Positions 63,580-64,000 of a stretch of 64,000 nucleotides of DNA are shown here, piece after piece; the first letter of the stretch is position 1; each line of letters opens with the position of its first letter. The stretch is from Callorhinchus milii. Taxonomy: Eukaryota. The stretch covers positions 127,102,001 through 127,166,000 of the forward strand of contig NW_024704742.1 in NCBI RefSeq assembly GCF_018977255.1, given 5' to 3'. The translations under genes were made by a program, and so were the position numbers. The notes under the pieces were generated by a model, which made no database searches, was not told the origin of the DNA, and saw only the letters and a list, made by a program, of their open reading frames with translations.

Positions 63580-64000
63580 GTAGTAGAGCATGGATTTAGT
63601 TGGAGCACAGGACTACTGTGAGCTGGGACTAGAAGTCCGAATCAGCCATCTTCCCATGCTCAAAAAATGGATGATTTTCAGGTTGTTAGCTGACTGCTAA
63701 TGGTGCTTCATGAAGGAACAGCAACAACAATAACTTGCACTTATATAGCGCCCTCCCTGCAGGGTAGCGTCTCAGAGCGCTTAAGTGATATCAGCTGCAC
63801 TCCTGGTGCATAGAGCAAATGCACAGATAGGGAAGTAACTTTAGCAATGCTTACTGCACATTGTGGTAAGAAAGGCAGTAGTCTGATGATTTGGAAAGCG
63901 GCTATTTTTCTCACTTGCTGCCCTTGGTGGTGAAAGATTGATTGATCGATGATGCTTTCTTTGGTCTACAAATGAAAGTGTCACGGAGTGTCGTGCAGGT

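Noticed and set aside
1..64000. CRISPR array, operon or other prokaryotic system
   Set aside because: No regularly spaced repeat-spacer array, very low coding density, spliceosomal introns and vertebrate retroelements throughout.

Overview
Eukaryotic, repeat-rich vertebrate genomic DNA, most likely from a cartilaginous fish (inferred from the mix of CR1 and L2 LINEs, Deu-domain SINEs, a V-SINE/HE1-like copy and Penelope-derived palindromes). The only host protein-coding gene I can support is a + strand ATOSB/FAM214B orthologue. Five coding exons with canonical GT-AG boundaries and consistent phases lie at 47809-62891, and the gene runs off the right edge. The first ~47 kb is probably 5' intron/UTR territory and holds candidate non-coding exons and a candidate alternative promoter at ~16.7-17.1 kb. 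Nearly all other ORFs are transposon debris or chance. Most notable non-gene observations: degenerate minimal hammerhead-ribozyme motifs in Penelope-type palindromes; a shared two-tier 3' stem-loop in two L2 families and a tRNA-Ala-derived composite SINE; a locally templated, template-switching insertion; two unclassified dispersed repeat families; and a uORF/ATGA overlap at the ATOSB start. All family assignments come from recall and inspection, not database searches. Repeat boundaries are approximate (about +/-10-30 nt); exon boundaries were read base by base.
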